Below are positions 1 through 10,649 of a stretch of DNA of 64,000 nt, piece after piece. Both the position numbers and the translations under genes were made by a program. Numbering within the stretch: position 1 is the first letter of the stretch; the number at the start of each line of letters is the position of its first letter. The stretch is from Cycas panzhihuaensis (taxonomy: Eukaryota > Plantae > Cycadophyta), in NCBI GenBank assembly GCA_023213395.1, contig CM041465.1:145831741-145895740 (forward strand), written 5' to 3'. The notes under the pieces are model-generated. The model worked only from the letters and a program-made list of their open reading frames with translations, did no database searches and was not told the origin of the DNA.

Positions 1-3000
1 AGTATCCCAACAATTTTGCTGAACCTCCTTTTGGATACACCAATTTCATATTTATGGTACCCTTAAGATATCTCAGAATTCCTTTTATGGCCTTCCAGTG
101 TCTTAATTTTGGATTCTGCATATATCTGGACACAAGTCCAACTAAGTAAGATATGTCGTCCGTTGTCAGGTAGATTAGACTTCTGATCATTTGTCTGTAC
201 AGAGTGATATTTGCTCCTTCTTCCATTTCATCTGCTATTAATTCACAATTTGTCTCCATGGGTGTGGCGCAGGGATTGCAGTTTTCCATTTGGAATCTGA
301 TAAGTAGACTTTTGATGTATTTACTCTGGGATAGAGTTATATAATTCTGTTGTTGTCCTATCTCCAGACCCAGGTAGTAATTCAAAAGACCTAGGTCTGT
401 CATCTCAAACTTTTGTTGAAGTTGTTCTTTTATGTCTTCAGAGCCTTCGTTATCACTACCAGTGACTAGCATATCATCAACATAAACAACAATTATTGTG
501 ACTTTGCCCTCCTTTTTCCTTATGTACAGACCGGGGTCTGAATCACAATGTTCAAAGTTGTTTTCTTTCAGAAAACGATCCAGTTTGGCATATCTGGCTC
601 GAGGAGCTTGTTTCAGTCTGTATAGTGCCTTTTTCAGTTTGCACACTAGATTCTCTTGTTCTTCTTTAACGTATCTCTCAGGCTGTTTCATGTAGACCTC
701 TTCTTCCAGTTCTCCATTAAAAAAAAAACACTCTTTACATCTAGTTGAAAGATTTTCCAGTTTTGAGTTGCAGTTAGAGCAATCACTGTTCTTACTGTAT
801 TCATTTTGGCAACAGGAGAGAAAGTTTCATCAAAGTCTACTCCGACTGTTTGGGTGTATCCTTTTGCAACCAATCTAGCCTTATATTTTTCTATTTTGCC
901 ATTTAGCACTTCTTTAGTCTTGTAGACCCATTTACAACCGACATGATTTATTGACCGTAATTCTACCAATTCCCATGTCTCGATTTCTTTTGATTGAGTC
1001 CATTTCATTATCCATGGTCGCTTTTCCATACCGTTTCTTCTTGGGCTTCGAAATGTTCGAGGTTCAACCTTGGTTAACAAGGCTCTAGCTTTTTGACTTC
1101 TTGTTTTGTGTTCCATTACATTACCTTGTCCTTCCTCAATTGTTTTAATGTACCATCCGGCGCTTCTTTTGTTTTTGTGCGGCCTCTTCAAGCACCAAGT
1201 TCTTCCTGATTGACAGCTTTCATCCGCCGATTGATTTATTATCACTGCTTGGCTTTGGATGTAGGAAGAGAAATTGAAACTTCCTCTGTTGTTGCCTCAG
1301 CAGCAGGTTCTTCCTCAATTTCTTGATTGATCTCTGTAATTTCCTGTTCGGCAACCTTTTCTCCTTCGTCAACTGTTCTATTTTGTCCAGGTTCACTATC
1401 TCCTTCATTAAAAACTACATCTCTACTCACATAGATTTTGTTGGTTCTAGGATCTATGCATTTGTAGGCCTTTGAATTTTTATTATATCCTATCATAATA
1501 CATTCTATGCTTTTTGCATCTAATTTAGACCTTTTTTTATTTGGTATATGAACAAAGGCTTGACTCCCAAAAACTTTGAGTGAACTTACATCAGGTTTTC
1601 TGCCCGTCCAAGCTTCTTCTAGAGTGATATTTTTTAAGGTCTTTGTTGGACACTGATTTATGAGATAAGATGCTGTACTCACTGCTTCCGCCCAATAGTT
1701 TTTTGGTACACCTTTTTCATAGACCATGCTTCTTGCCATTTCCATTAAGGTTTTGTTTTTTCTTTCTGCTACGCCATTTGATTGTGGTGTGTATGGAGTT
1801 GTAACCTGTTTGCGGATTCCGTGAATTTTGCAGTAGTTCTGGAACTCTTTTGATATATATTCACCTCCTCCATCTGACCGAATGCATTTAATTTTTGCTT
1901 CTGCCTCTATTTCTGCTTCTGCTTTGAACTCTTTAAATATTTCAAAAACTTTTGATTTGTAGTGGAGAAAGTAGACCCATACCTTTCGAGTAAAATCGTC
2001 AATGAAGGTCTAAAAATATTTGCATCCATTAATAGTAAGTGGCGAGATGGGACCATAGAGGTCTGTATGAATTAGCTCCAACCTTGATTCTGCTCTGCAG
2101 GTGCTTTCCTTGAAAGGGAGCCGGTGTTGTTTCCCAAACTGACAGCTTTTACAAACAAAGTTATCAGAGGAGATACAAGGTAATCCATTCACCATTTAAG
2201 AATTTTTCATCAATTTCAATGTCTCAGTTGGAAGATGCCCATACTTCAAATGCCAAATTTTATTACTAGACTTGATGACAGTACAAGCTTTTTCTTCCAG
2301 ATCTGGAAGTACAGGATTCGACAGAAGTTTGTATAAGTCATTACATCTCACGCCTCTTGCAACAGTTTCACCATTTTTTTCCATGTCCAGAATACAACAG
2401 TATCCATCTTCATCAAAGATGGTTCTCAATCCCTTTTTACTAAGTTGGGAAACAGAAAGAAGATTCATTTTTAAATCAGGAACCAATAAAACGTTTCCGA
2501 TTTTTTTGACATTTCCTTGCAAGTTGACAGCAATGGTCCCTATTACTTTTATATCAAGAGCATATTTATCACCCAATTCAACTGATTTATCAAGGTTATA
2601 GGGTTTCAATGTCTCAAACCAATCTTTACGACTAGTCATGTGTTTTGAAGCTCCTGAATCAACGTACCATGTGTCATTGTCTTTTTGGCTGGAAGCCAAG
2701 GCAACAATGAAGGCAATCTCTTCTTCATCTTCATCTGCTTTCTCTTTGCTATAGCCACCAACAGGTCTTTTTCCTTTCTGAATCTCACTTCTTCGCTGAG
2801 GGCATTGTTAAGGGTAATGTCCACCTTGTCCGCAGTGGTAACATATGTCAAAGATTCTACATGCACTGGAGATGTGCCCGGTCCTTCCGCAATTGAAACA
2901 AATCCTTGTGTCTCTGCTTCATCCAAGTCCCCTAGAGTCTTGCCACCGGCCTCGTCCTCTGAAGTCAGGTGTTATGCTTCGTCCACGGGTTTGGTTTCTG

Positions 3001-3191
3001 TTGCGTGAGCCCAGGTTCAATCTGGACATAAAGGCATCTTCAAATTTTGAGGAGTCTTCATATCTCTTATTTCTTTGTTCCTATCTCAACAGTAATCTCG
3101 TCAATTCATCAAGTGTTATTTTATTTATTTTTTCAGTATTTATAATGGTGTTGATGGTTGTATTGAAAGACTTTGGGAGCTTGGCTGTTAT

Positions 3192-3559
3192 TGTTGGAAT
3201 GAGAGGATATAAGTTGGAGACATGTCATAAAGCACATGTGAGAAAGTGCACAAGAGATGACAATACGACAATGACTCACAACTCTCCAAATCTCATTAAG
3301 AAAATATGTAAGGTACAAATACATATTTATAGTTTTACACTATGTCTAAACATAGGAGTTGGTTTAACAAACTCCATGATTTTTGGTGTGCTCAAACTAC
3401 CTCATTAATAGTTGAGCATCTTTGACTTCTAGAACCTTTGACCAGGAATCTTCTCTCACTAGAATATTCTCATCTAGAATATTCCATGTGAGGAATTATT
3501 CTAATGAAATGAAATGAACTTAAATGAACATGTAAATGGGAATGTACATTATTCCAACA
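3192..3559 (-). repeat. 3' LTR of the 3192-6907 element
   Basis: TGTTGGAAT..ATTCCAACA with 9-bp inverted termini; direct repeat of 6540-6907. Confidence 0.97.
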
Positions 3560-3900
3560 CCCCTCCATAATGTTAAGTTCATTTCTTTACATAAACATCA
3601 GTGTCCTAAGTCTCTCAATAATTTTCTCACAACTTAAAGTCTAAGTGAGAATACAACTTGAGGGACAATACATCAACTTAACTATGCCATGCTCCATATC
3701 TTTGTCGAGCAGAATCTTGGTAATCTTCCACAAGCTTGAACTCGCATGGAACTCCAATTCTTCGATAGTTGGAAGGCATATTGTTGTAGTAGAACAACTG
3801 AAGAAGTCAAAAGAAGTCGATTAAGCCCACAATGGCTTTTCTAATGTTGTAATTGCTGCTTTGCATACCGTCTTGGTGGAATAAGCTATCCACATCAAGT

Positions 3901-4145
3901 GATCAACCAGAATTAGGTGCTATGCACATTCTGTCGTTGATTTGGCCTTCAACTGCTACAAGAGATCAACCAGAATCCAGTGGTCTTATGCACATCCTGT
4001 CGTTGATTTGGATCAACCAGAACCAAGTGTCATCCACATCCTGTCGTTGAATTGACTCAACCAGAACTTAAGTGGTCAAATGCACATCCTGTCGTTGATT
4101 ATGATCAACCAGAATTTAGTGACATCCACATCCTGTCGTTGATTT
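3901..4145. repeat. Five-unit tandem array (ATCAACCAGAA-variable-CACATCCTGTCGTTGAT)
   Basis: Read directly. Units are ~44-50 bp, and each has ATCAAC/GTTGAT inverted ends. Confidence 0.9.
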
Positions 4146-5039
4146 GCCTTTGCAGTTGCCATTACAAAGCTCCCAAAGAGGATTTCATCGTCCTCATGCA
4201 GTACATACTAGTTGTGATCATCAATGCGTGAAAACACGCTCATTGTCCTGCTTCTCCAAATGTCATAATCTTGGTATACAATATCGTGCTCCATTTTATG
4301 CACTATTGTCATTTTCAAGACATTGTTGTTTCATAGAATTGTTAGGTGTTTTCAATAACACCACAACACTGCAATTATCATCACCATTACAATAAGCTGC
4401 AATAGTAAGCTACCTAACTCATAAATAAAGAGGTTAAGGTAGTCTACAAAGGTATGATAAATATCATGCATGTTGTTACACTACAATTCAACAACATAAG
4501 TTACTTGTCTCTTTCAGTTTCTGCACATAGAGACTTGACATTTTCCAAGAGTAAGCAAGTATTAAGACTCTAATATATCATTAAGAGTCATTCTGCATCA
4601 TATGCAAGCAAATAAGATGAGCAATCTTCTCATCAACCACTAGCAAATTGATGAACGCTAGTGTTCCAGGTTCCCGTTTTGCCAAGTCATGTCGTGTCAT
4701 ATCATGTCGTATGACACCATGTTGTGATATATTGTGCCGCACTATGTTGCCTTTAATTGGGTCTGATTAAGCTTCCTGTCTTCTCCTTCAACAACTCCCA
4801 TAGGTCTTTGTAAGACTGGAAAGTGTTTCATTGCATAGGACTTACATTTTGTCTTAGTGAATCTAGCAAATTTTAGCTAGTTATTCACAGACATTTTATG
4901 AAGTCTGTAATTAAGAAATTAAGGAGAAAGTGTTTTAAATCACCGCGAGTATGAGTGCCACATCACTCAGTGACCGCAAGGTGAATTACACTTAATGAGA
5001 GTACAAATAAAGGTTGAAAACACCTTTTAAATACATCAA

Positions 5040-5715
5040 TAAAGAGGAATAAGTACATTAAAAGGTCCTCTCAAAGTGCTTTAAAGGAGGACTAAGTACA
5101 TTAAAAACTCCCCTTAAAATTTTTCTCCTAGTACATTGAAAAATCCCTCTAAAATTAGAGTCAAAGTATAACTCTGAAGAGGATAAAGTACTTGAGAAAA
5201 TATTCATAAAGTACTCCTTACATTGAAGCCAAAAATTACCTTTAAAAGAAGACAAACTTCTTAAGGTATTATGCCCTTGAACATGTCGCCAAAGGTGCAC
5301 TATCTTGTCACCAAAAGATGCTTTAAAAAACAAGAGGATAAACCGCCTTTATAATCCTCTTAAAGCATCTGTATGCCACCAATAACAGCCTTTTAAAGAG
5401 GATAAATTACATTAAGATCCTCTTATATGCTTGCCACAAGTACTCTTTTGAGCCTCCAATATGTACCTTAAAAAAGAGGATTTAATGTGTCAACAAAACC
5501 TCTTAAGGTACTTTTCATGTCCGCCAAAAAATATCTCTTTAAAAGAGATAAAATACATATCAAAAAGGTCCTCTTAAAATGCCCTTTATGTTACCAAAGG
5601 ATATACCTTAATGAAGAGGATAAATTATATAAAAAAAAATCCTCTTAAGGATCCTTTACACTGCCATAAAATACCCTTAAAGAAGATTAATACATAGTAC
5701 ACATTAATCTCCTTA
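5040..5715. repeat. Degenerate AT-rich array of AAGAGGAT..ATCCTCTT stem-loop units
   Basis: The motif recurs, e.g. AAGAGGATAAACCGCCTTTATAATCCTCTT, AAGAGGATAAATTACATTAAGATCCTCTT and AAGAGGATAAATTATATAAAAAAAAATCCTCTT. Confidence 0.75.
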
Positions 5716-6115
5716 ATATATCTCCTTAATGAATTGTTAAAATCTTAACTTATAAGGAAATATTTGATATTAAAAAAAGTATATTCCTTAGAATATACTA
5801 ATGTTCATATTCTAAGGTTGTAAACATCAATTAAAAGGAATAAAAATTGATGATTTCTTGGCCGGCGATTATTTTTCCGTAGATGGCACTTTAGGCGACT
5901 TCTGGTTGACGGTCGGCGGCGGCTCCAACCGGACGGTCGGGCGGCGGCGGCGGCTCGGCGACCGACAACGGGCGGCGGCGTTCTCCGGCGGCTGGCGTTT
6001 GGGCGGCGGCGGGCCGAAGCTTCTCGGCGGTGACGACGGCGACTAGCGGGAGGCGGCAGGTCTGCACGGCGGGCCGAAGCTTCTCGGCGGCTCCTCGTCG
6101 GGCTACGGCGGCGCA

Positions 6116-6199
6116 GAACGTCCCTTTGCGGGGGCTTTCCCTAGGTGGCGAACAATCGACTCAGAACTGGTATAGACTAAGGGAATCCGACTGTTTAAT
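6116..6199 (+). rRNA. Short non-functional fragment of nuclear 25S/26S rRNA embedded in an LTR element
   Basis: GAACAATCGACTCAGAACTGGTATAGACTAAGGGAATCCGACTGTTTAAT matches, with a few substitutions, the conserved plant LSU motif GAACAGTCGACTCAGAACTGGTACGGACAAGGGGAATCCGACTGTTTAATT (recognised from memory). It is preceded by GAACGTCCCTTTGCGGGGGCTTTCCC, which resembles the end of the D8/ES27L segment. Confidence 0.88.
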
Positions 6200-6539
6200 G
6201 GTGCATACAAGAGTGAATAGGTGCAGTGAACAATTCTATTCACTGAGAATTTCTCATTTACACACAGCTGTATCACATAAAGAGGCCAGTTCAGGACAGA
6301 ACCTAGTACTCAAGTATGGACAGGAATTAAATGTCAAGAACCTGGGAAATATGCATGGACATCAGTGTAGGACAGAACCTAGCACTAAGATATGGACAAA
6401 ATTTGTCATTAGATTTCAGCATAGAGCTGTTAGAAATCTAGGACAGCCATCTTAAAACAGAATCTAGCACACATACATGGCAGAAATCAGAGACACACAT
6501 GGTAGAACTCAAGTGTCAAAAACCTAAGCTCTGATACCA

Positions 6540-6907
6540 TGTTGGAATGAGAGGATATAAGTTGGAGACATGTCATAAAGCACATGTGAGAAAGTGCACA
6601 AGAGATGACAATACGACAATGACTCACAACTCTCCAAATCTCATTAAGAAAATATGTAAGGTACAAATACATATTTATAGTTTTACACTATGTCTAAACA
6701 TAGGAGTTGGTTCAACAAACTCCATGATTTTTGGTGTGCTCAAACTACCTCATTAATAGTTGAGCATCTTTGACTTCTAGAACCTTTGACCAGGAATCTT
6801 CTCTCACTAGAATATTCTCATCTAGAATATTCCATGTGAGGAATTATTCTAATGAAATGAAATGAACTTAAATGAACATGTAAATGGGAATGTACATTAT
6901 TCCAACA
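6540..6907 (-). repeat. 5' LTR of the 3192-6907 element
   Basis: Direct repeat of 3192-3559, adjacent to the PBS. Confidence 0.97.
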
Positions 6908-8043
6908 GTTATTAGTTCTACCAGCGCTTGTTCAGAAATCAAACCTCCTGCACTTGACAAATTATTCCCTATTGAAACAACCTTGTGCATAAAATCTGTT
7001 ACATTTTCATTTTCCTTCATATGCAGCCTATACAGTTCTTCCTTGAGAGCAATTATTCTTGCTTTATTTTTACATCCATACAGTTCTCAAGACATTTCCA
7101 AATGTCGGGAGGACAAATTCAGCTTTTCAACATATATCAGAATTGAGTCAGAAATCGACATTTTCAAAATGTGCACACCTATATTGTTTCTTTCTTCCTA
7201 GTTGGCCAGCTTAGCATCTGAGTCCTTTGGACAAGTCTCAGTCCCAATTGTAATATTCCAAGCATTTTTTATTTTTAAGACAGTTTCTACCTTAATTTTC
7301 CAAACATGATAATTTGAATTAGTCAATTTTTCTGATTCTGGCAGAGAAAAAAGACTTGAAGCCATTTTGACAACTGAGATATTGAGAGAGAGTGCAGACC
7401 GTACACGGTACGGATTTTCGTACGGAATTGAATTTGTACAGAATTGTACGAAATGTACCTCGAAAGAGAGGTTATGAGATGAGGATCCCGGATCTGGTAT
7501 TACTTTTCCAAAACAGTTTACGGATGAGGAGAAAATCGACCTGAAAGACTGGAAAACGTAGTTAGGGTAAAACATGTTTTTGTTTGTAATTTGAAAAATA
7601 CTTCATAGAATTCCTCAAAGTCTGTCACAAAACTTTTGTAGTACCCAGACACTGAGTTTACAACAGATTTGATTCAGGAATTTTGAAAAATTTGGAAGAA
7701 ATTTACTAAAGTACCTCCAAACCCACGCGACTGATAAAGGGGCAAAACTCACATCAAAACTTCTTCAAATGACTTCGATCCTGAAGGAAAAGTTGAAGAG
7801 GAGGTCAAGATCTACTTGCTGGCCAAATTTCAGCTCAATCTAAGAAGGTTGAATTTTCTGGTCCGTACAACGACCGTACGGTACTTCATGTTGTCTTCAG
7901 GTCTACTTCTGGACGTGCTGGATCCTTCACCTCACTTTCAATTTGTCTCCTGTGTTGCAGGCTTCCTTGTCTCTCTTAGAACAGACTCTATTACACACAA
8001 AGGACCCTCTCTCAAGCAAGTAGGATGCTCTGCTCTCATACCA

Positions 8044-8261
8044 TGTTAGAAAACTGACTTGGACAAAAAAGAAGATCAGAACTTGTTATTACATGGAGTC
8101 TCATTCCTCTTAAATACACATCACTGAGATGACCGTTACAAAATAGAAATGTAATTGACCTACATGAGGCTGCCAAGTGTCACAATTCCTATTTGGAGTT
8201 ACATTTAAGGGGTGAGTCAACATGACCCCTCTTTGTCTAGATAAAACATTACATTTTAACA
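8044..8261 (-). repeat. 5' LTR of Copia family A (218 bp)
   Basis: TG..CA ends next to the PBS. It shares AAGTGTCACAA and ACATTACATT.TAACA with the LTRs at 45758-45988 and 50676-50908. Confidence 0.9.
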
Positions 8262-8367
8262 TTGACTTTCGTCTAAACTGTTGGAATCGTTGTTCAGAGA
8301 CCTTTGATTTGAATGGTCATATGCTATACTTTTAACCATATTTTGGAATGCTACAATTCCCCGCCCC

Positions 8368-10649
8368 TTAGAATAATACTTTGCCCTCGAAGTAATTGCT
8401 TGTAGCTCTGTCAAATCTTCGACCACCTCCTGCTAGATCTTGTAGGTCATGAAAATTTGGCTCGATCTTGCATCTTCTTTGGAGCTTTGCTAGCAGACAT
8501 TTGGCATTTGTCAATGTTTGTTCCTGTAGCCAGGTACATGCTATATCTACATCAGGGGGATCTTGGGACCTGCGAGGTGTCTCAGTTGCTGTGCCCTGGT
8601 CTTGCCTTGTGTTTGCACATTTTGTTTTCAAATGAAATGGTTTATGGAAGGAGAAGAATTGATCATAAGGGTCATAGATTGGCGATTGCTTATTGTGAAA
8701 AGGAAAAGAAAAGGTGGAATTATTGTTGACTTAGGGGGTATCTTATTACACTTACAAGATACCTCTTTCACTTGTCAAGGTTACACAGTGCTATAGTCTA
8801 GTTCAGGATACTGTCAACATGGTTATTCACATACATTCCACATATATTTTACAGAATTACACCACAATGGTATACAGCAGTACAGAAATCAATACATACT
8901 CAGCAATTCATCAGCACAACACAAGGAATACACCACTTTCCACGTAACTCTTCATTTTATTAAGTAATCAAGTCAATTTACACAGAGGCTGGAATGCATT
9001 CCTGAGCATTCCAAAGTGACATACATTCATACATTACATATGCGTGCCGGATGGTACTTATCATACAATCTGCTCCAACGGGTGTCATACGTCTTTGGCT
9101 CCTGCACCTTTGCGTACCTTTGATAGTCGGCTCTCACCCTCGAGAGTATACAATAGGATTGAATCACTCGGCTCTCACACTGGAATGGTCCTCAAAGCAC
9201 CATTAAATATGTCCCTTTGATGCCTTTTGGATGAAAGGTTATGACCCAAAGTCATAACTATACCTTTTTGTCACCAAGGTACCCTTTCACTTTAACACTT
9301 GATTAAGTCTCCTTAATGGTGTCTTTTCTGATCCGTACATCCGTACTTATGTCCTTTTGGGCTGACGTCATCATTTCTGGGTGCCTTTGGGTCAGATCTG
9401 TCCATATGTACCTTACTGTCTGCATGCATTCCGAAAAGGTACGTATCTGGTACACATCTGTCATATGTACCAAGATTACATATTTTTCACCTTTTCCCAT
9501 TATGCGTACCTCCGTACAGTCCGTACTTGCATTCCTTTGGTCAATACAAGCCTGTATTCTGTCTTCCTCAAGGCCTATGTGTCACAATATGTCCCAACAA
9601 TTATGAGCTAAGATTAAGCATAGCTTTGAAGGTACAGGAAGAAGGGATAAATTTTGAAATCTACCTTGGATGGAGATGAAAATTTGTGCAAGTTTTGTTA
9701 GACCACAACACTTTTTGGGGGAGAGAGAGAGATAGGGAATCAACGATATATGTTCTTTATGAAAGAAATATTTTAACAGGTTTTTAGGAATGGTATTTAA
9801 ACAAAAGGAAATATTTAACGAGAAAATATAATATTGATGATATGAAACTAAAGGACTTTGGGAAAAGTTGAATAGGGTTTTGTAAAGGGTAATACTAAGA
9901 GGCGAAACCTGACGAAGAGATTGAAGTTGAAGGGTGTCCTGTTGAGGATTGTTTATAGGGGTTGAAGGAGTAGGTGAGTAAAGAGATGGACTAGGGTTAC
10001 AGAGAGGAATTAGAATTTGACCTACGAAAAAACTAAGGTTAGAAAAATTAGGAGCATGGCTAACTATGGGTTGAGGAGAGAAGGGATTTTGTATTGCTAT
10101 TGAACTAGGGAAAGAGAGAGCACATACAGAACTACTGAACAAAATGTGCATGTGTAATGCAGGATCATTGGGTACCTTGCATGAGATTTGTCGAGAAAAA
10201 TCTGCTTGTTCTTCATTGTCTTTGTATTGCTCCTGTGTAACTTTACCTTGGATTTCTTCTCTGATATTGAAATGAGACTCTTCTGTGGCTTGTGCATGCT
10301 CCAAGTCTTCTATGTCGTCATATTGTTTTCTTTGGGCTACATCTCGTTCTAGTACTTGCAAAACCTCTATGATCTCCTCATCAATAATGTCTTCTTCTTG
10401 CCCTTCCTCATCTACTTGAAGCTCACCTTGCTTATGTTCTTTAAAAGCTATGGTAGCTGCCTCTAAAAATTGGTACCATAGAAAAGGTTCTTTAGCCCAA
10501 TTAATGAACCACTCATAAGCTTGTCCATTTAGTATCATTTCTAATAATGGTCCATATTCTTCCATTTCTGTGTCGGACGTAAACTCAAAATCTTCTATAC
10601 ATTTTTTCATGCTCCCATAATCCTCCAAATTAAAAAAATCTGTCTCCAT
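8368..10649 (-). pseudogene. Family B ORF (Gag-like N-terminus + acidic + Pro/Ser/Phe-rich + Pol-tail), disrupted only by a solo LTR
   Basis: ORFs 9582-10649 and 8368-8631 join in frame (..LAHN|STFSFPFHNKQ..PFHLKTKCANT..FEGKVLF*) once 8724-9604 is removed. ILNGQAYEWF..PFLWYQF resembles the Gypsy Gag L.G.A..W..W..F motif. Confidence 0.8.
8724..9599. mobile_element. Solo LTR (876 bp)
   Basis: TGTTG..CAACA termini and TSD ATTAT (8719-8723, 9600-9604). The empty site is visible in the second family B copy near 59610. Confidence 0.92.

Larger units (their letters stand above)
3192..6907 (-). mobile_element. Young non-autonomous Copia-derived LTR retrotransposon (3.7 kb)
   Basis: Two 368-bp LTRs (3192-3559, 6540-6907) in which I see one mismatch (GGTTTAAC vs GGTTCAAC). 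TSD GTTAT at 3187-3191 and 6908-6912. PBS GCTCTGATACCA 6528-6539 and PPT (CCCCTCCA on +) at 3560. No long ORF, only shredded gag/RT/RNase H remnants. Confidence 0.97.
1..7365 (-). pseudogene. Copia gag-pol pseudogene (stops and frameshifts; split by a nested insertion)
   Basis: ORF-track fragments 7198-7575, 2196-2699, 2010-2195, 1242-1745 and 688-1245 are consecutive gag, PR, INT and RT pieces. Confidence 0.9.
1..8261 (-). mobile_element. Ty1/Copia LTR retrotransposon (family A), decayed; 3' end runs off the left edge; gag interrupted by the 3192-6907 element
   Basis: 5' LTR 8044-8261 (TGTTAGAA..TTTTAACA) and PBS GCTCTCATACCA 8032-8043 (tRNA-iMet type on the - strand). Gag start MASSLFSLPESEKLTNSNYHVWKIK at ~7365, two CCHC knuckles ~2800-2915, protease WYVDSGASKHMT, GAG-pre-integrase WHLKYGH, integrase [44 protein letters not shown] and YVDDML. 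The domain order PR-INT-RT is Copia. Confidence 0.95.

Noticed and set aside
3192-3559. Retrozyme (hammerhead ribozyme in the LTR of a non-coding LTR element)
   Set aside because: I found no CUGAnGA..GAAA core with matching helices by eye on either strand. An Infernal hammerhead search would settle it.
3901-4145. CRISPR-like repeat/spacer layout
   Set aside because: The spacers are short and homologous to each other, the unit appears to derive from Copia RNase H sequence, there are no cas genes, and the context is eukaryotic.
6116-6199. Functional rDNA unit
   Set aside because: It is only ~84 bp, substituted, and lacks flanking rRNA sequence.
5858-6455. ORFs 5858-6046 and 6030-6455 as genes
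   Set aside because: They are by-products of GC-rich low complexity, antisense to the element, with non-ATG starts and no recognisable domain.
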